Assembly (NCBI GenBank): GCA_963808625.1
Contig: CAWEHK010000017.1
Span: 1 to 64,000, forward strand
DNA: 64,000 nt
Origin: an uncultured delta proteobacterium
GTDB taxonomy: Bacteria; Desulfobacterota; Syntrophobacteria; Syntrophobacterales; Syntrophobacteraceae
Reading direction: 5' to 3'
Positions 33,049-43,596 of this stretch are shown here, piece by piece. Each line of letters begins with the position of its first letter. Within the stretch, counting starts at the first letter, position 1. The position numbers and the translations under genes were made by a program. Below the pieces are notes generated by a model. The model was not told the DNA's origin and did not search any database. It saw nothing but the letters and a program-made list of their open reading frames with translations.

Positions 33049-33825
33049 TCAATTCGCCGCTTTTACTTCCAGCAGGACGAGCAGATCGTCCCAGGAGGAG
33101 ATGCGGGGCGTCGCGCACTGGGGGGCTGCAAGCTGTTCCGTAGCGACCCCGGGGGCGAGGGGAATTCTGCGGTCTCTCACGTAAGTCGTCCACACCGGTT
33201 GAATGCCAGCGCTGCAGGCCCCGTCGATATCGGGTTCGGGGTCATCCCCCACATAAAGGAGCTCACCCGCTTCCACGCCAAGGCCCTCCACGAGCAATTG
33301 GAAAACATAAGCATGGGGTTTGCGGTAGCCCACCTCTCCCGAGATCAACACCACGTCAAAAAACGAGGTGATCCCGAGACCATCGAGAATGGCTCGCGCC
33401 GCGGGGGGATGGGTGAAGTTGGAGAGGAGACCCAGGGGATAGCGATCCTTGAGGGTCCCAAGCATGGCTGCCGTTCCCGGGATGAGATGACAGAATTCCA
33501 GGAAAGCGGAAAAATAGACCTCAATCGCTCGCGCAATTCTCGGGTCGTCGGGTTCGACCTCATGGCCAAGCTGCTTGAGGGCCGTGCTGATCCAAAATCG
33601 GTTGTGGGTCTCCCTGCCGTCATGGCGGGTCTCGGTGATGTGTTGAAGGGCCGCCTGGCGGTGCACTTGGCGGAAGGTCTCCGGCGCCACCGCGATGCCC
33701 TCCTCCTGAAGACTCTTCGCCAGGATGGTCACCGCGTGATCGAGCGCATGCGGTTCCACGGTGATCAAAGTATTGAAGAGATCGAAGCCTACGGCCCTTA
33801 TACCATCCATGGAATGATCCATCAT
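33049..33825 (-). CDS. HAD family hydrolase
   Basis: FDLFNTL, LLSN, RKP and YVGDDPEPDIDGA motifs. Confidence 0.9.
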   Translation of the reverse strand: MMDHSMDGIRAVGFDLFNTLITVEPHALDHAVTILAKSLQEEGIAVAPETFRQVHRQAALQHITETRHDGRETHNRFWISTALKQLGHEVEPDDPRIARAIEVYFSAFLEFCHLIPGTAAMLGTLKDRYPLGLLSNFTHPPAARAILDGLGITSFFDVVLISGEVGYRKPHAYVFQLLVEGLGVEAGELLYVGDDPEPDIDGACSAGIQPVWTTYVRDRRIPLAPGVATEQLAAPQCATPRISSWDDLLVLLEVKAAN

Positions 33826-33907
33826 GCAGACTAAATGAAGTCACCCCGAGAGGAGCGAGCATCCTCCCGGGGTGAGTGTTTTATGGCGAACCGTTGAGAA
33901 ACTTTCC

Positions 33908-34753
33908 TCAGAGCTCCAGAAAAGAGGCCAGCATTACCCAGAAGAAAAGGGGATCGGGACTGCCGCTGGTGCATGGTCCCGACCCATAAGTATAAGTGGT
34001 ATAATAATATTTGATCCAAAAACCATAAACATTGACATTCAGAGTTTCCTTGCTCAGGCGCCCTTTTGAATCATAATTATAGGTAAAGTAGGCAATGAGC
34101 GTATCGGCCGAATCGTAAATGGATACTTTCGTCAGCCTGCCCTTGGTATTGTAGGTCATCTTGGCGTAGTATTGCAGGCTTTTATCAGGTTTGAAGGCAG
34201 ATATCTTAGATATTCTGCCCTTGGCATTATACGAGCATGTCCCATAGTAGGTAAGTGTTCCAGTATCATCATAGGCGGAACCCTTAATGAATTGGCCTTT
34301 GGCATTGTACTGACTGACTCCGGAGTACTTTAAGACGGTTCCATCATAAACATAAACCTTCGTAAGCTGTCCCTTGGCATTGTATTTATAGGTCACGTAA
34401 GAGGTGGGGTTGTCGGGATCTGACGGTACATATCGAGAGGTTTTAGTGAGCTGACCGGCAGCGTTATAGAGGTACTTGAGATAGGATTCCAGGGTGCCGG
34501 CAAGGCCGTAGCGTGAAGATTTCGTTGGTCGCCAGCATTCGGTCGCGGCCAGAACCCCCGTGTCGGTGCAATCGGCGGAAAAGGCAGCCTCTAAAGGTGC
34601 GGCAAACCCACCTTCAGGTCCGGCCGACAGTTGGTCAGCAATTTCGTCACCGTAAACTTCCGTCCTTCCGGTCAGCAGGAGGAACGAAAAAAAGCAGAGC
34701 AGAGAAATCAGAAAAAACTTGCCACAACTAACGCCTGGTTTACTCTTGTACAT
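33908..34753 (-). CDS. Secreted YD/RHS-like repeat protein
   Basis: Signal-like N-terminus; six approximately 24-aa repeats with a YNAKG(Q/R)L(T/S)K core; AT-richer than its neighbours. Confidence 0.7.
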   Translation of the reverse strand: MYKSKPGVSCGKFFLISLLCFFSFLLLTGRTEVYGDEIADQLSAGPEGGFAAPLEAAFSADCTDTGVLAATECWRPTKSSRYGLAGTLESYLKYLYNAAGQLTKTSRYVPSDPDNPTSYVTYKYNAKGQLTKVYVYDGTVLKYSGVSQYNAKGQFIKGSAYDDTGTLTYYGTCSYNAKGRISKISAFKPDKSLQYYAKMTYNTKGRLTKVSIYDSADTLIAYFTYNYDSKGRLSKETLNVNVYGFWIKYYYTTYTYGSGPCTSGSPDPLFFWVMLASFLEL

Positions 34754-35000
34754 GACATACTCCTCCTGATTTGGTGTTTGCATTGAATGAAGTTATAAGT
34801 GGATTGGGGACTCTACCGCTTTCTTATAGCCCGCGCATCAGGCGAAGTCAAACGGGTTCTCCACCGTAAAAATCTCGGTTTTGGGTCGTATGGATCGCAT
34901 TCACGTTGGTCCTGACAGGCGGCGTACCCGCAACGCGAGCCATCGCGATGGATGGGAGCACGGCCCATTGGTTCTTGGCTCTGTCTGTAAATTTTCCCCA

Positions 35001-35251
35001 AAGCTGGTTCCCAAGCTCTGGCTTGGGAACCCACCTGCTTGGAAGCTCCAGCTTTGTCGGACCTGTGGATGTCACCTGGTACTCAAGAGACACACGAAGC
35101 TGGAGCTTCCGTCCTGCATTCCCAAGCTGGAGCTTGGGAACGAGCGAACGAGCGAAGCTGGAGCTTGGGAACGAGCGAACGAGTGGACGAGCGAAGCTGG
35201 GCTTGGGAACGAGCGAAAAGAGCGAAGCTGGAGCTTGGGAACGAGCGAACG
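35001..35251. repeat. REP-like element with four tandem units of about 31 bp
   Basis: AAGCTGGAGCTTGGGAACGAGCGAA units start at 35124, 35155, 35194 and 35225, preceded by palindromes. Confidence 0.85.
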
Positions 35252-35275
35252 GGAGAACCGAAAAGACCTCCAAAC

Positions 35276-35351
35276 GTCATTCCCGCATGCTTCTGGCGGG
35301 AATCCAGGTTTCTAAAGGCCTGGACCCCCGGCAGGAAACTGCGGGGGTGAC
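35276..35351. repeat. GTCATTCCCGC...GCGGGAATCC palindromic element
   Basis: GTCATTCCCGCATGCTTCTGGCGGGAATCCAGG...CCTGGACCCCCG...GCGGGGGTGAC. Confidence 0.7.
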
Positions 35352-35378
35352 ATTAACAAGGACTTTTTGGACGCGCTC

Positions 35379-38136
35379 TTACAGATCAGGGCAAAAACTC
35401 TGAAACGCGGTTCTCACACGGCGGCGTAACCGGATGAGGTCCTGCCAGTCTTCAATGGCGCCGGGGCCATGACGCAGAGGCCAGAGGCGGAGGCTTTTGA
35501 GGGCCTCGAATATTTGCGGGTCCAGGCGTGACGTCGCAAGATTGCTGTGGAGACGCAGGCGATGTTCGAGCGAGCGCAGGGTTTCAAAAGCGGTCATCAG
35601 CTCAAGAGCCGAATTCCGCAAGGAGGAGACGTTCTCGAAGACGCTTCTGCAGGGCCGACCGGACGGAGCGCACCTGCAAAGAAGGCGCTCGGTAGCCCTC
35701 GATCAGGGCGTTTCCCTGGGCCAGGAATTCGAAATCCGTCAGGCCTCCCATGCCGAGTTTGATGTCGATCTGGTCGCCCTTTTCTTCACCCCGCTCGCGC
35801 TGCATGCGGCCGCGCAAATGACAAAGCCGGTTCCAGACTTCCTCGGGGTCCCTTTGCCGGTAACAGATGTTCTGGGCCCGCTGTTCGATCCAGGTGCCCA
35901 GCTTACGGTTTCCGGCGACATTGCGGACACGAATGAGCGCCTGCATCTCCCACAGGTCCGCCTGGTGCTCGTAATAGTCCAACCATGAACTGCGGGTCAC
36001 GATTAGGGGCCCGTAGCTCCCGGTCGGCCGCAGCCGGGCATCGACGGCATAACCGGGCCCCTCCTGCAAAGGCGTGCTCAGCATGCGCATGAACCGCTGG
36101 ACGAGGCGCACCACTTCGGCTGGAATCAGGTCCTCGGGTTCCTCGGGCTTCGGCCGGTAGACGAAGACCAGGTCGAGGTCGGAAAGGTAGCTCATCTCCT
36201 GGCTTCCGAGCCTGCCGAGGGCCATCACCGCAAGAGGCAAATCCGGATCGAGGCCGATGTTCGTGCGGACGCGGTCATAGGTATGCCGGATGACAAAATC
36301 AGCGAGGTTGCTCAACTCCCGTTCCAGAACCTCGTGGCCGAAATCTTCGCGCAGATCCGCGAGCACCAGCTGCAGCAGGCGTTCGTTCTTCAGGCGGCGA
36401 ATCCATTCCAGGCTTTCGCCGTAATCCTCGGGTTTTTTTCAGGAGCCGAGCGCCCGCCTTTTCCCATGTGCTGAATTCCGGGCTGGTGTTCGTCGTCGTC
36501 GCGATTCCTTCGACCAGGCCGGGATGGTGTGCCAGGAGCACGCCGAGCAACTCGGTAGTGGCGAGACCGCGACAAAAATCCCGCAGCCAGGCGGCGGGGG
36601 CGTGAAAAACCCGTTTCAGCCCCGGCCGCCGCGAGACCTGGCTGAAGTAGCGCTCGAGGCGAACCAGCGTTTTCTCCTGCAGTTCCGAATCGTGCAAGGA
36701 CGTATCTTCTCGCAGAACTTCCAAAATGGTCTTCTCAAGAAATGGAGGAAAGGCATTGAGTGAACTCCTGAAGCGAGTGACGGCTTCGCTGAGGAACATC
36801 CGCCAAGAAACTGGAGTCATCCGGAATATCCTCGGTCGTTGCCCGTTGTTCTTTCCGGAGGAGTCGGTCCTTATCGGCGTCGGTGCCAAAGAGGGCGAGG
36901 AAGTGGTCATGGACCGCGTGACAATGAGTTTCGAGCGTTTCAAGGAAGGTGCCGAAATCCGGGCCGAAGCCCAGGGCAAGGGCCAGCCGCTTCCGTGCGT
37001 CGTTGGATTTGGGTAGTTTTTGGGTCTGCCGGTTCTGATCCAGTTGCACCCAGTGTTCGACTCGCCTCAGGAAAATGTAGGAGGCTTTCAGTTCCTCCAC
37101 CACCTCGAGGTCGAGCAGGCCGAGCTCGAGCAGAGTGTCCAGACACCGTAAGGTGTTCGGTTCATCGAGCTGGGGGTGGCGTCCGCCATAGATGAGCTGC
37201 AGCGACTGCACCAGGAACTCCACCTCGCGAATCCCGCCAGTCCCCAGTTTGACGTCGAACTGTTCCCACCCGAAGCGGTGGCGGGCGCTCTCGGCAGCAA
37301 TCCGGTCGCGCATGGCACGGAGCTCATCGAGGGCCTGGAAATCCAGGAACCGGCGGAAGATAAAAGGCCGAACTTCCCGCAGGAAAGCCAGTCCCAAGGA
37401 CCGCTCGCCGGCCACCGGCCTGGCCTTGAGGAGCATCTGCCGCTCCCAGGGCTGACCGGATTCCAGGTAGTAATCCGCAGCCGCAGCATAGGAGGGGACC
37501 AGGGGGCCGTCCTTGCCATAGGGCCGCAGGCGATGATCCACCAGGAAGACGCGGTCCCCCTCGGCGCTCTCAGCCAGGAGGCGGGATAGCCATTGGCACA
37601 AGCGTTCGAGGAACATGTCTTGCGCCGCCGCCGGGAGCCTCCCTGCCGGGCTTCGGGGCATGAAGGAAGAGGAGGTCGATATCGGAGACATAGTTCAGCT
37701 CACGGCCTCCAAGCTTACCCAGGCCCTAATACCACCAACTGGCGCATCTTCCCGCACCCGACCCCAGCTCTTTGCTTCCTCTCCCGCGAGCCACCAGTCA
37801 GGGTGACGGGAGAGTACATCAAGCCCGACCTGGAGGGCAACGGCGGCCAGATCGCTGATCTGCCCGGTGGTTTCCGAGCAGGTCCGCCCACCCCAGGAGG
37901 TCGCGGCCTCCAATGCGCAGAAAATGGCGCTGTTTGAAGTCGCGAAAGGCGGTGAGCAGCTCGGAGAAGGTCTGAGCCTTTCCGGCGGCTTCTTGCAGAT
38001 CCTCATAGAGCTCGGTCAGAGGATAGCGGCGGTGGAGGTTTTTCCCGGCAAGGAGCCAATCCTTATAGTGCTGCCGACCGCGCAGAAGGGTCGCCAGATA
38101 TTGTGAGGATTCCTGAATCCGTTCGATTTCGTTCAT
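35379..38136 (-). CDS. glnE: Glutamine synthetase adenylyltransferase (multiple frameshifts)
   Basis: Two NTase halves: VDHRLRPYG, WERQMLLKAR, KLGTGGIREVEF; then ALGRLGSQEMSYLSDLD, VDARLRPTG, KLGMGGLTDFEF. Confidence 0.92.
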
Positions 38137-38238
38137 GCCTTATCCCTGCCAAAGCCCGAGGAGGATACAGCTAATCGTTCGCTCCCTGTTCGGCTGCAAA
38201 TCGTTGACAGTTGCCACTGTTCTCGGCCATGAGGCTTC

Positions 38239-38514
38239 CTAAAATTTCGTGTCAACGAGAACGCCTGATCGACCTGGGCAAGGATTACCTCGATTATCTT
38301 TGTGGGAGTTGAGACTGGTTCCGTATTCTTTTCGAGTAGATCGCTTTCCACAGTAATGGCACTGCACTACATACCTGGGGCCAAAGCTCAAGCCTGTCCC
38401 ACCTGAGCGAGTATGAGACGATCTGGCGTATTTCGGTTTCGGTGTCGTGAAGCCACGGGACTGTCGAGCAGCAGGTGGTGCGGACACGGGTTCTGACGGA
38501 ATTAGCTCAGTCAT
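38239..38514 (-). CDS. Small putative zinc-ribbon protein
   Basis: CHYCG...HKD...CPG potential Zn ligands. Confidence 0.5.
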   Translation of the reverse strand: MTELIPSEPVSAPPAARQSRGFTTPKPKYARSSHTRSGGTGLSFGPRYVVQCHYCGKRSTRKEYGTSLNSHKDNRGNPCPGRSGVLVDTKF

Positions 38515-38830
38515 ATATTCTCGTATGACCTGAAGAGCATGCGATCTTGAGACATTTCAATGCCAGCCGCTTCACACCCCCATTTCATAACATCTCTGAA
38601 ATTGCTTTTCAAAAAATCCTGATCGAGATGATTGGAATGATTGGAATTAGTAATGGTAAAATCCAAGTCTCCGCAAAATCGATCCATCTCAAAGAAGCAT
38701 TTCTTGATACACGTGCCCCCCTTGAATACCCAATCCGCGTTCAGCGCCGGGTGATTTGAGTTGCCAGCGAGAAGCTACCCCAGGACATAATCCTTCTCGA
38801 TGACATTCGGGTCAAGGCTAATGCCGCTAT
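38515..38830 (-). pseudogene. AbiEii nucleotidyltransferase toxin remnant
   Basis: Manual translation: DPNVIEKDYVLG*LLAG...WVFKGGTCIKKCFFEMDRFCGDLDFT, with an in-frame TAG. Confidence 0.85.
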
Positions 38831-38927
38831 CTTGATAGTATAGGAATTTGCATTTTTCCTCAATGAAATCAATTGAGTCATGATAGAAAGGTAGGTGGAC
38901 CGAGAGTAGGGGGAGAGGGTAGAAGCG

Positions 38928-40217
38928 ATTGATCGGAACATCTTCCGTCAGATATTCGAGGAACATTGGATCGAGTTCAAAGAGCGCCATCCGCCGTATG
39001 CTGGAGGGTATTACGAAGAGGTGGTGCAAAAGATGTTGGGTTGTGGAAAGGAAGCGGGAGGATACAGCGAATACCTGTGCACCTGTTGCGGGAAGGATAT
39101 GCGGCGGATTGCCTTTACCTGTAAGAGTTGCTTTTGTTTGTCGTGTTGCAAAGGATACACGGATGATTTTGTGGCGCAGGTCAGCCGTGTATTGCAGCCT
39201 GGAGTGAGATACCGTCATATGATCCTGACGGTTCCTGAGCAACAACGGATTATCTTCTATCGAGATCGGCATGAGGGGAAGCTCTTGTCGGCACTGATGC
39301 GTTGTGGGTATGAGTGCCTTGAAGATGTGGTGAGCTGCGCGGTGAGGCAGCAGGTGAAGATTGGAGCGATCGGTGTGGTGCAAACTCATGGTCGGTCTGG
39401 GCACTATAATCCGCATCTTCACATTATCATGAGCAGTGGAGGGGTCAACGAAGAGACGGGTAAGTGGGTGGAGTTGGGGTATTTTCCGTATGAGATCATC
39501 CACAAGAAGTGGCAATATCATCTCTTCAAGATGCTTAAGGAGATGGTTCCAACGACGGAGATGAGGTCCTTGATTGATGCTCTCTGGAAGAAGTACCCGA
39601 GAGGACTTGTTGCCCATGTGACGAAAGGAAAAGTTCCAGAGCAATGCCGAGGCTTGGCCAAATACCTGGCCAAATATGTTGCCTCTCCTCCGATAGCCGT
39701 AAGACGGATCATGGGCTACACCGGTCAGGAAGTGACGTACTGGTACAAGGATCACCAGACAAAGAAAAAAGAAGTGGTCACGGTCAACGTGATGACCTTC
39801 ATTGGACGGATGGTTCAACATATTTTTCCGAAAGGATTTCAGCGGCTCCGCTACTATGGTCTGCAAGCAACGAAGACCTTCAAGAAATGGGTGGAGGTGA
39901 TTAGGGAAGGATTACGTAGGGTAGGGCGAGTTATCAAGGGTACTTATGAGGTGGTTGCATCCAAGAAGTATCGTGAAAGGTTCCAGGAGATGAGCGGTTG
40001 AGATCCGCTGATTTGCAGATTCTGTGGTCGGGAGATGGATCTCTGGAAGATATGGCACCCCAAGTACGGGACGATCTACGATGAGTGGGAAAACCTCAAA
40101 GCGGGCAAATACGAAAGAATCGCTAAGAACAGAGATGGAACTTCAGGATGGGGAGGATATTCCCTTTGGCCCCCCTCCGGAGGAGTACAATTATCGCTGT
40201 TCCCTGTGCGGGTGTGA
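38928..40217 (+). CDS. IS91-family transposase with zinc-binding domain (in-frame TGA at 39999-40001)
   Basis: CKSCFCLSC, RHMILTVP, NPHLH, YLAKYV and RYYG motifs; the frame continues DPLICRFCG after the stop. Confidence 0.9.
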
Positions 40218-40368
40218 AGTGTGGGTCAACGAGGCGATCATCGATTTCGAGCTTGGCTTTGCCGAGTTTGAGGGAAGAGAAGTAGTTATGCCTGTTATTG
40301 GGTGTCCTGGCTGTAACCGGGAGACTATGCAATACACCGGGATCAAAAGTCCGCCCGAAGGGCGCTAA
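40135..40368 (+). CDS. Small zinc-ribbon protein overlapping the transposase 3' end
   Basis: CSLCG and CPGC pairs. Confidence 0.55.
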   Translation: MELQDGEDIPFGPPPEEYNYRCSLCGCEVWVNEAIIDFELGFAEFEGREVVMPVIGCPGCNRETMQYTGIKSPPEGR

Positions 40369-40499
40369 GTCCAGGAAAATCTTGCCGGCCCTTCGTCATC
40401 CCAGGAAAGGCGAGGTCCGGAAGATTTTGAAAAGATACCATTTCAGTTTCGCCTGAATGACACCCAAGTGCCTCCACATCAGGGTCAGGGCTTAAGTTA

Positions 40500-40665
40500 G
40501 CAGCATTAGGTTAAGGCCCACTTCCCTGGCAAAGTCCATGATTTCCTGCCGATCAATCACTTCTTTTTAGTTTCCTTTCCCCAGCCTTCAGACACCCACA
40601 ACCGTCATTTCGTAACTAACCTCGCTGCGGGCAATGCCGGGTTGAGCTTGGTGTTTCCTTTTGTG
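40500..40665 (-). pseudogene. AbiEi antitoxin C-terminus and AbiEii N-terminus remnants
   Basis: TKGNTKLNPALPAARLVTK*RLWVSEGW...* overlaps (GTGA) the start of MIDRQEIMDFAREVGL at 40560. Confidence 0.7.
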
Positions 40666-41254
40666 CGGCGGATCACTTCTGTGATCCGCTTTCGTTCAGT
40701 TTTCCCTGATTCAGAAAGCTGTTGCAAAGTTCTCGCAAAGTGCCCCATGTACCAGAATTTGTGAATTGTGCCTCATTAGATATACTTTCTATTGCGCTAA
40801 TTCAACTAATGGGACACCTTCCAGACATTAGGGATGGCGCTTTCGGCTCTTCCTGGGAGTTTTTCTTTTGACAATTTCACTCGAAATCCGCTTTTCACCA
40901 TTTGGTGAAATAGATGAAAATAATGAAATCTTTTTTCGAGATTGTCCTTCTGTTAACGGGCCATTCTGCCCGCGACTTCGAGTTTCGCCGTAAGCGATTT
41001 AGGACAAAAGAGATTGGGGGATAACCGCGGACATTGACGTCCTCAGGTCCCGGAGTGAAGAAGAAATGGCTGATCACATCCCCATAACTTACATCCCGCT
41101 ACCGATGATTCTGAGAACGAAGGGTTGTTGTTGCTTTTTTCACAGCGGCTGAATTTTTATGGTGATCATCTAATTGCATTCGTGTATCAGTAAGAGCTAG
41201 ATGTGAGATGTTTCCCAACACTGTGATAAGATAGTAGAAGCATAGGGGCTGTGT

Positions 41255-41656
41255 ATGATCATCACGCTGGTTCGTAACGATGGTGAACCGACACCGGAAT
41301 ATCCCGGAGAACAAATCTGGAGAGGGGGCTACCAGGGGCCTTCAATAGATGACGCTGATCAACTCCCAGCATCTCTCCTCTCGAATCGGATCTCAGACCT
41401 TCAAGAAAGGATCGAAATCGGCACTTGGTACCCTGTTGAAAGATTCAAGGACCTTTTCAGTGCCTCAAGAAATGATGCAGGAGCTTGGTCTGAAGTGGCC
41501 GTGCCGGTTCTCACCCCGGATGGCAAAAAAGATAATGTATTGATCCAAGTCGAGCTAAACAGTTGCTGTGACATGATGGTGCAAGCTGTTTTCGATCTCA
41601 CTGAACAGTTAGATTTGTGGAGACAAAAGGGGAGTATTTGGATCCGTGTTGAGTGA
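41255..41656 (+). CDS. Hypothetical protein, first gene of the PIN/ATPase operon
   Basis: 133-aa ORF whose stop overlaps the start of the next ORF. Confidence 0.55.
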   Translation: MIITLVRNDGEPTPEYPGEQIWRGGYQGPSIDDADQLPASLLSNRISDLQERIEIGTWYPVERFKDLFSASRNDAGAWSEVAVPVLTPDGKKDNVLIQVELNSCCDMMVQAVFDLTEQLDLWRQKGSIWIRVE

Positions 41657-43596
41657 AGCAGAAATAATGGCGATCAAAGAGGCGATCGGTGATGGTACCA
41701 TTCAGCATATGTTGCCCGGTCAGTACTCCATCCGGTACACCGACAACACCCACCTGGAAGATGAAGACTGGACTACGCTCCTGAATGTTGAGATTGAAAA
41801 AAGACCGCCCGCTGAACGGCCACAAGAAAGCATCTCATCTCAATATGACTCTGATTTCAACGAGGCGATGCAGTTTTACGCTATTTCTGACGCTGTTAAC
41901 TCGCAGAATCCCGAACAGGCTAAGGTGCTCCGGGACATCCTCGCTCAGAGTCTTCTGCGTACAGGCATTTTGCGCCCATCGATGGAGCTTGAGGGATTCG
42001 ACGATATCCTTAAACTCGCTCGAACGAGATGCTGTCATCCTGGTACCAGACACCAATGCGCTCTCAACAGGTACTCTCCATTGGCTGCTCCATGCTTTGA
42101 GCGAGACTCAAATCTGGATCTTGCCCGTGGTTGTCTCCCTGACCCAGATTCAGCAACGGGACCAAAAGCTTAAGGGCTTGGTGAGCAAAAAAAAACTAAA
42201 TAATCTCTCGCAAGCCATACGATCAAGAACTCTTATCAATTCCTCTCTGTGTCTTCTGGAGCGTTGCCAGGAACGATATCAGGTGCTCGAAATAGATCCT
42301 CAGCTCTTGCGATACGTTCGGCCTGCCGGAAGAGGAACTGTTGACTCAGACGAGGGGGATGTGCTTGAAGATCGGCTTTTCATTGAAGCTATTCACACTG
42401 TGTTTCGTGCCACTCGAACCAGGGCAGAGAAGCGAGTGGTGACATCCGACGTGTTGCTGACAAGAATTCTTAGAGCCGAAGGCATTCCGACGCTTTTCCT
42501 GCAAACCCCGAGCTTGCCGCATGGTCGCATTCAATGCATTTATTATGAAGCCATTGCACGCAAGTTTCTCGGATCACCCCTGATTCATCTCCTGTGGGAT
42601 CTGGCTCATTGTCTCAGTAGGATCCAACTCTTGGACAGTCAGCAACAAGTTCATGTAGAGCTAGAGGCCTACTGGCCCGGCAAAACGGCGGCGGATTGGA
42701 GCCGTGAGTGCCTCCTGATCCAGACTCCCACGGCACGTCAGGAGCGGCCGCCTGAGATCTCCCCCCCCTCCAGTTCAGGTTTGTTTGGAGGCTTGTTTTC
42801 AGGTGTAACGCTGCCGGAAGCTTCTTTTCTTCAGGTTCTCCGCTTGGGCGGCGCACTCCTTCAAGGGCAGGCGCCCTTGTCCGATCTCATTATGCGAATG
42901 CCCGAGAGCAAAAGACCGAGTGACCAGGTAGCAAAGATGGCCGCCGAGTTTCTCCTCCGCGCAGGGCTTGCTGTCCCAGAAGGTAAACAATTGATCGCTA
43001 CAAAGGCATTGGAATCTTTAGACGAAGCACTGGAGCGAGGTGACTTAGATAAAGCCAGCGCCCAACTTCAAAGTTTTGGGCCGTATCGTGCAATTCTGGA
43101 AGCACTGAGGGCGAATTCCAAACTGGATTCCGATGCCGTGGGTAATGTATTAGCCAGGGAAATTGGAAAGGAACCTTCTAAGGACTCGCGTAAGAGATTC
43201 ACACAAGTTCCTATCTACCTGGGGCAGGCCTGGACACACGAATCAATGTTGTGTGATGGAACGGCAAGACCGAATGATGAAACCATCATGGACTGTTTCA
43301 GAAGGGCCTTTGATGAAAAAGCTCGAGATGGTTTATGCGCGATTACGGAGTTGCTGTTTGAATTGCGTAGATTGTTATGTATCAGCCCATGGTTTGCCTT
43401 TCAACAGCTTGCTCGTATAGTTGAAGCCAACCAGCTTGCCGAGTATTCTTTTCAGCCATCAGCAGGAAAGCCAGTAGTATCACGCTGCGAAGTAGTCAAA
43501 GGTAGACTTGTCGACCTTCAAACACTTCTAATTCCCATGGATCGTATTGAGGTCAATGGGCGTCCCGTATTCACCGTAGGCCAGAGGTCGTCATGA
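41646..43596 (+). CDS. PIN-domain protein with a long C-terminal region (frameshift near 42020)
   Basis: ILVPDTNAL...LEDRLFIE...VVTSDVLL fits the PIN acidic-residue pattern. Confidence 0.68.

Larger units (their letters stand above)
38835..40450 (+). mobile_element. IS91/ISCR-like rolling-circle element (right end approximate)
   Basis: HUH/Y2 transposase; CTTG|ATAGTATAGGAATTTG oriIS-like motif at the left; hairpin at 40377-40428. Confidence 0.75.

Noticed and set aside
35124..35251. Possible CRISPR array
   Set aside because: Units are near-contiguous with short repetitive linkers rather than unique spacers, no cas genes are present, and the unit is part of a REP element.
38137..38240. tRNA or att site at the left island border
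   Set aside because: No cloverleaf or direct repeat was found, and the right border lies outside the window.
40970..41090. Retron reverse transcriptase remnant (FRRKRFRTKEIGG*PRTL)
   Set aside because: The resemblance is weak and short, with no YADD or other RT motif nearby.
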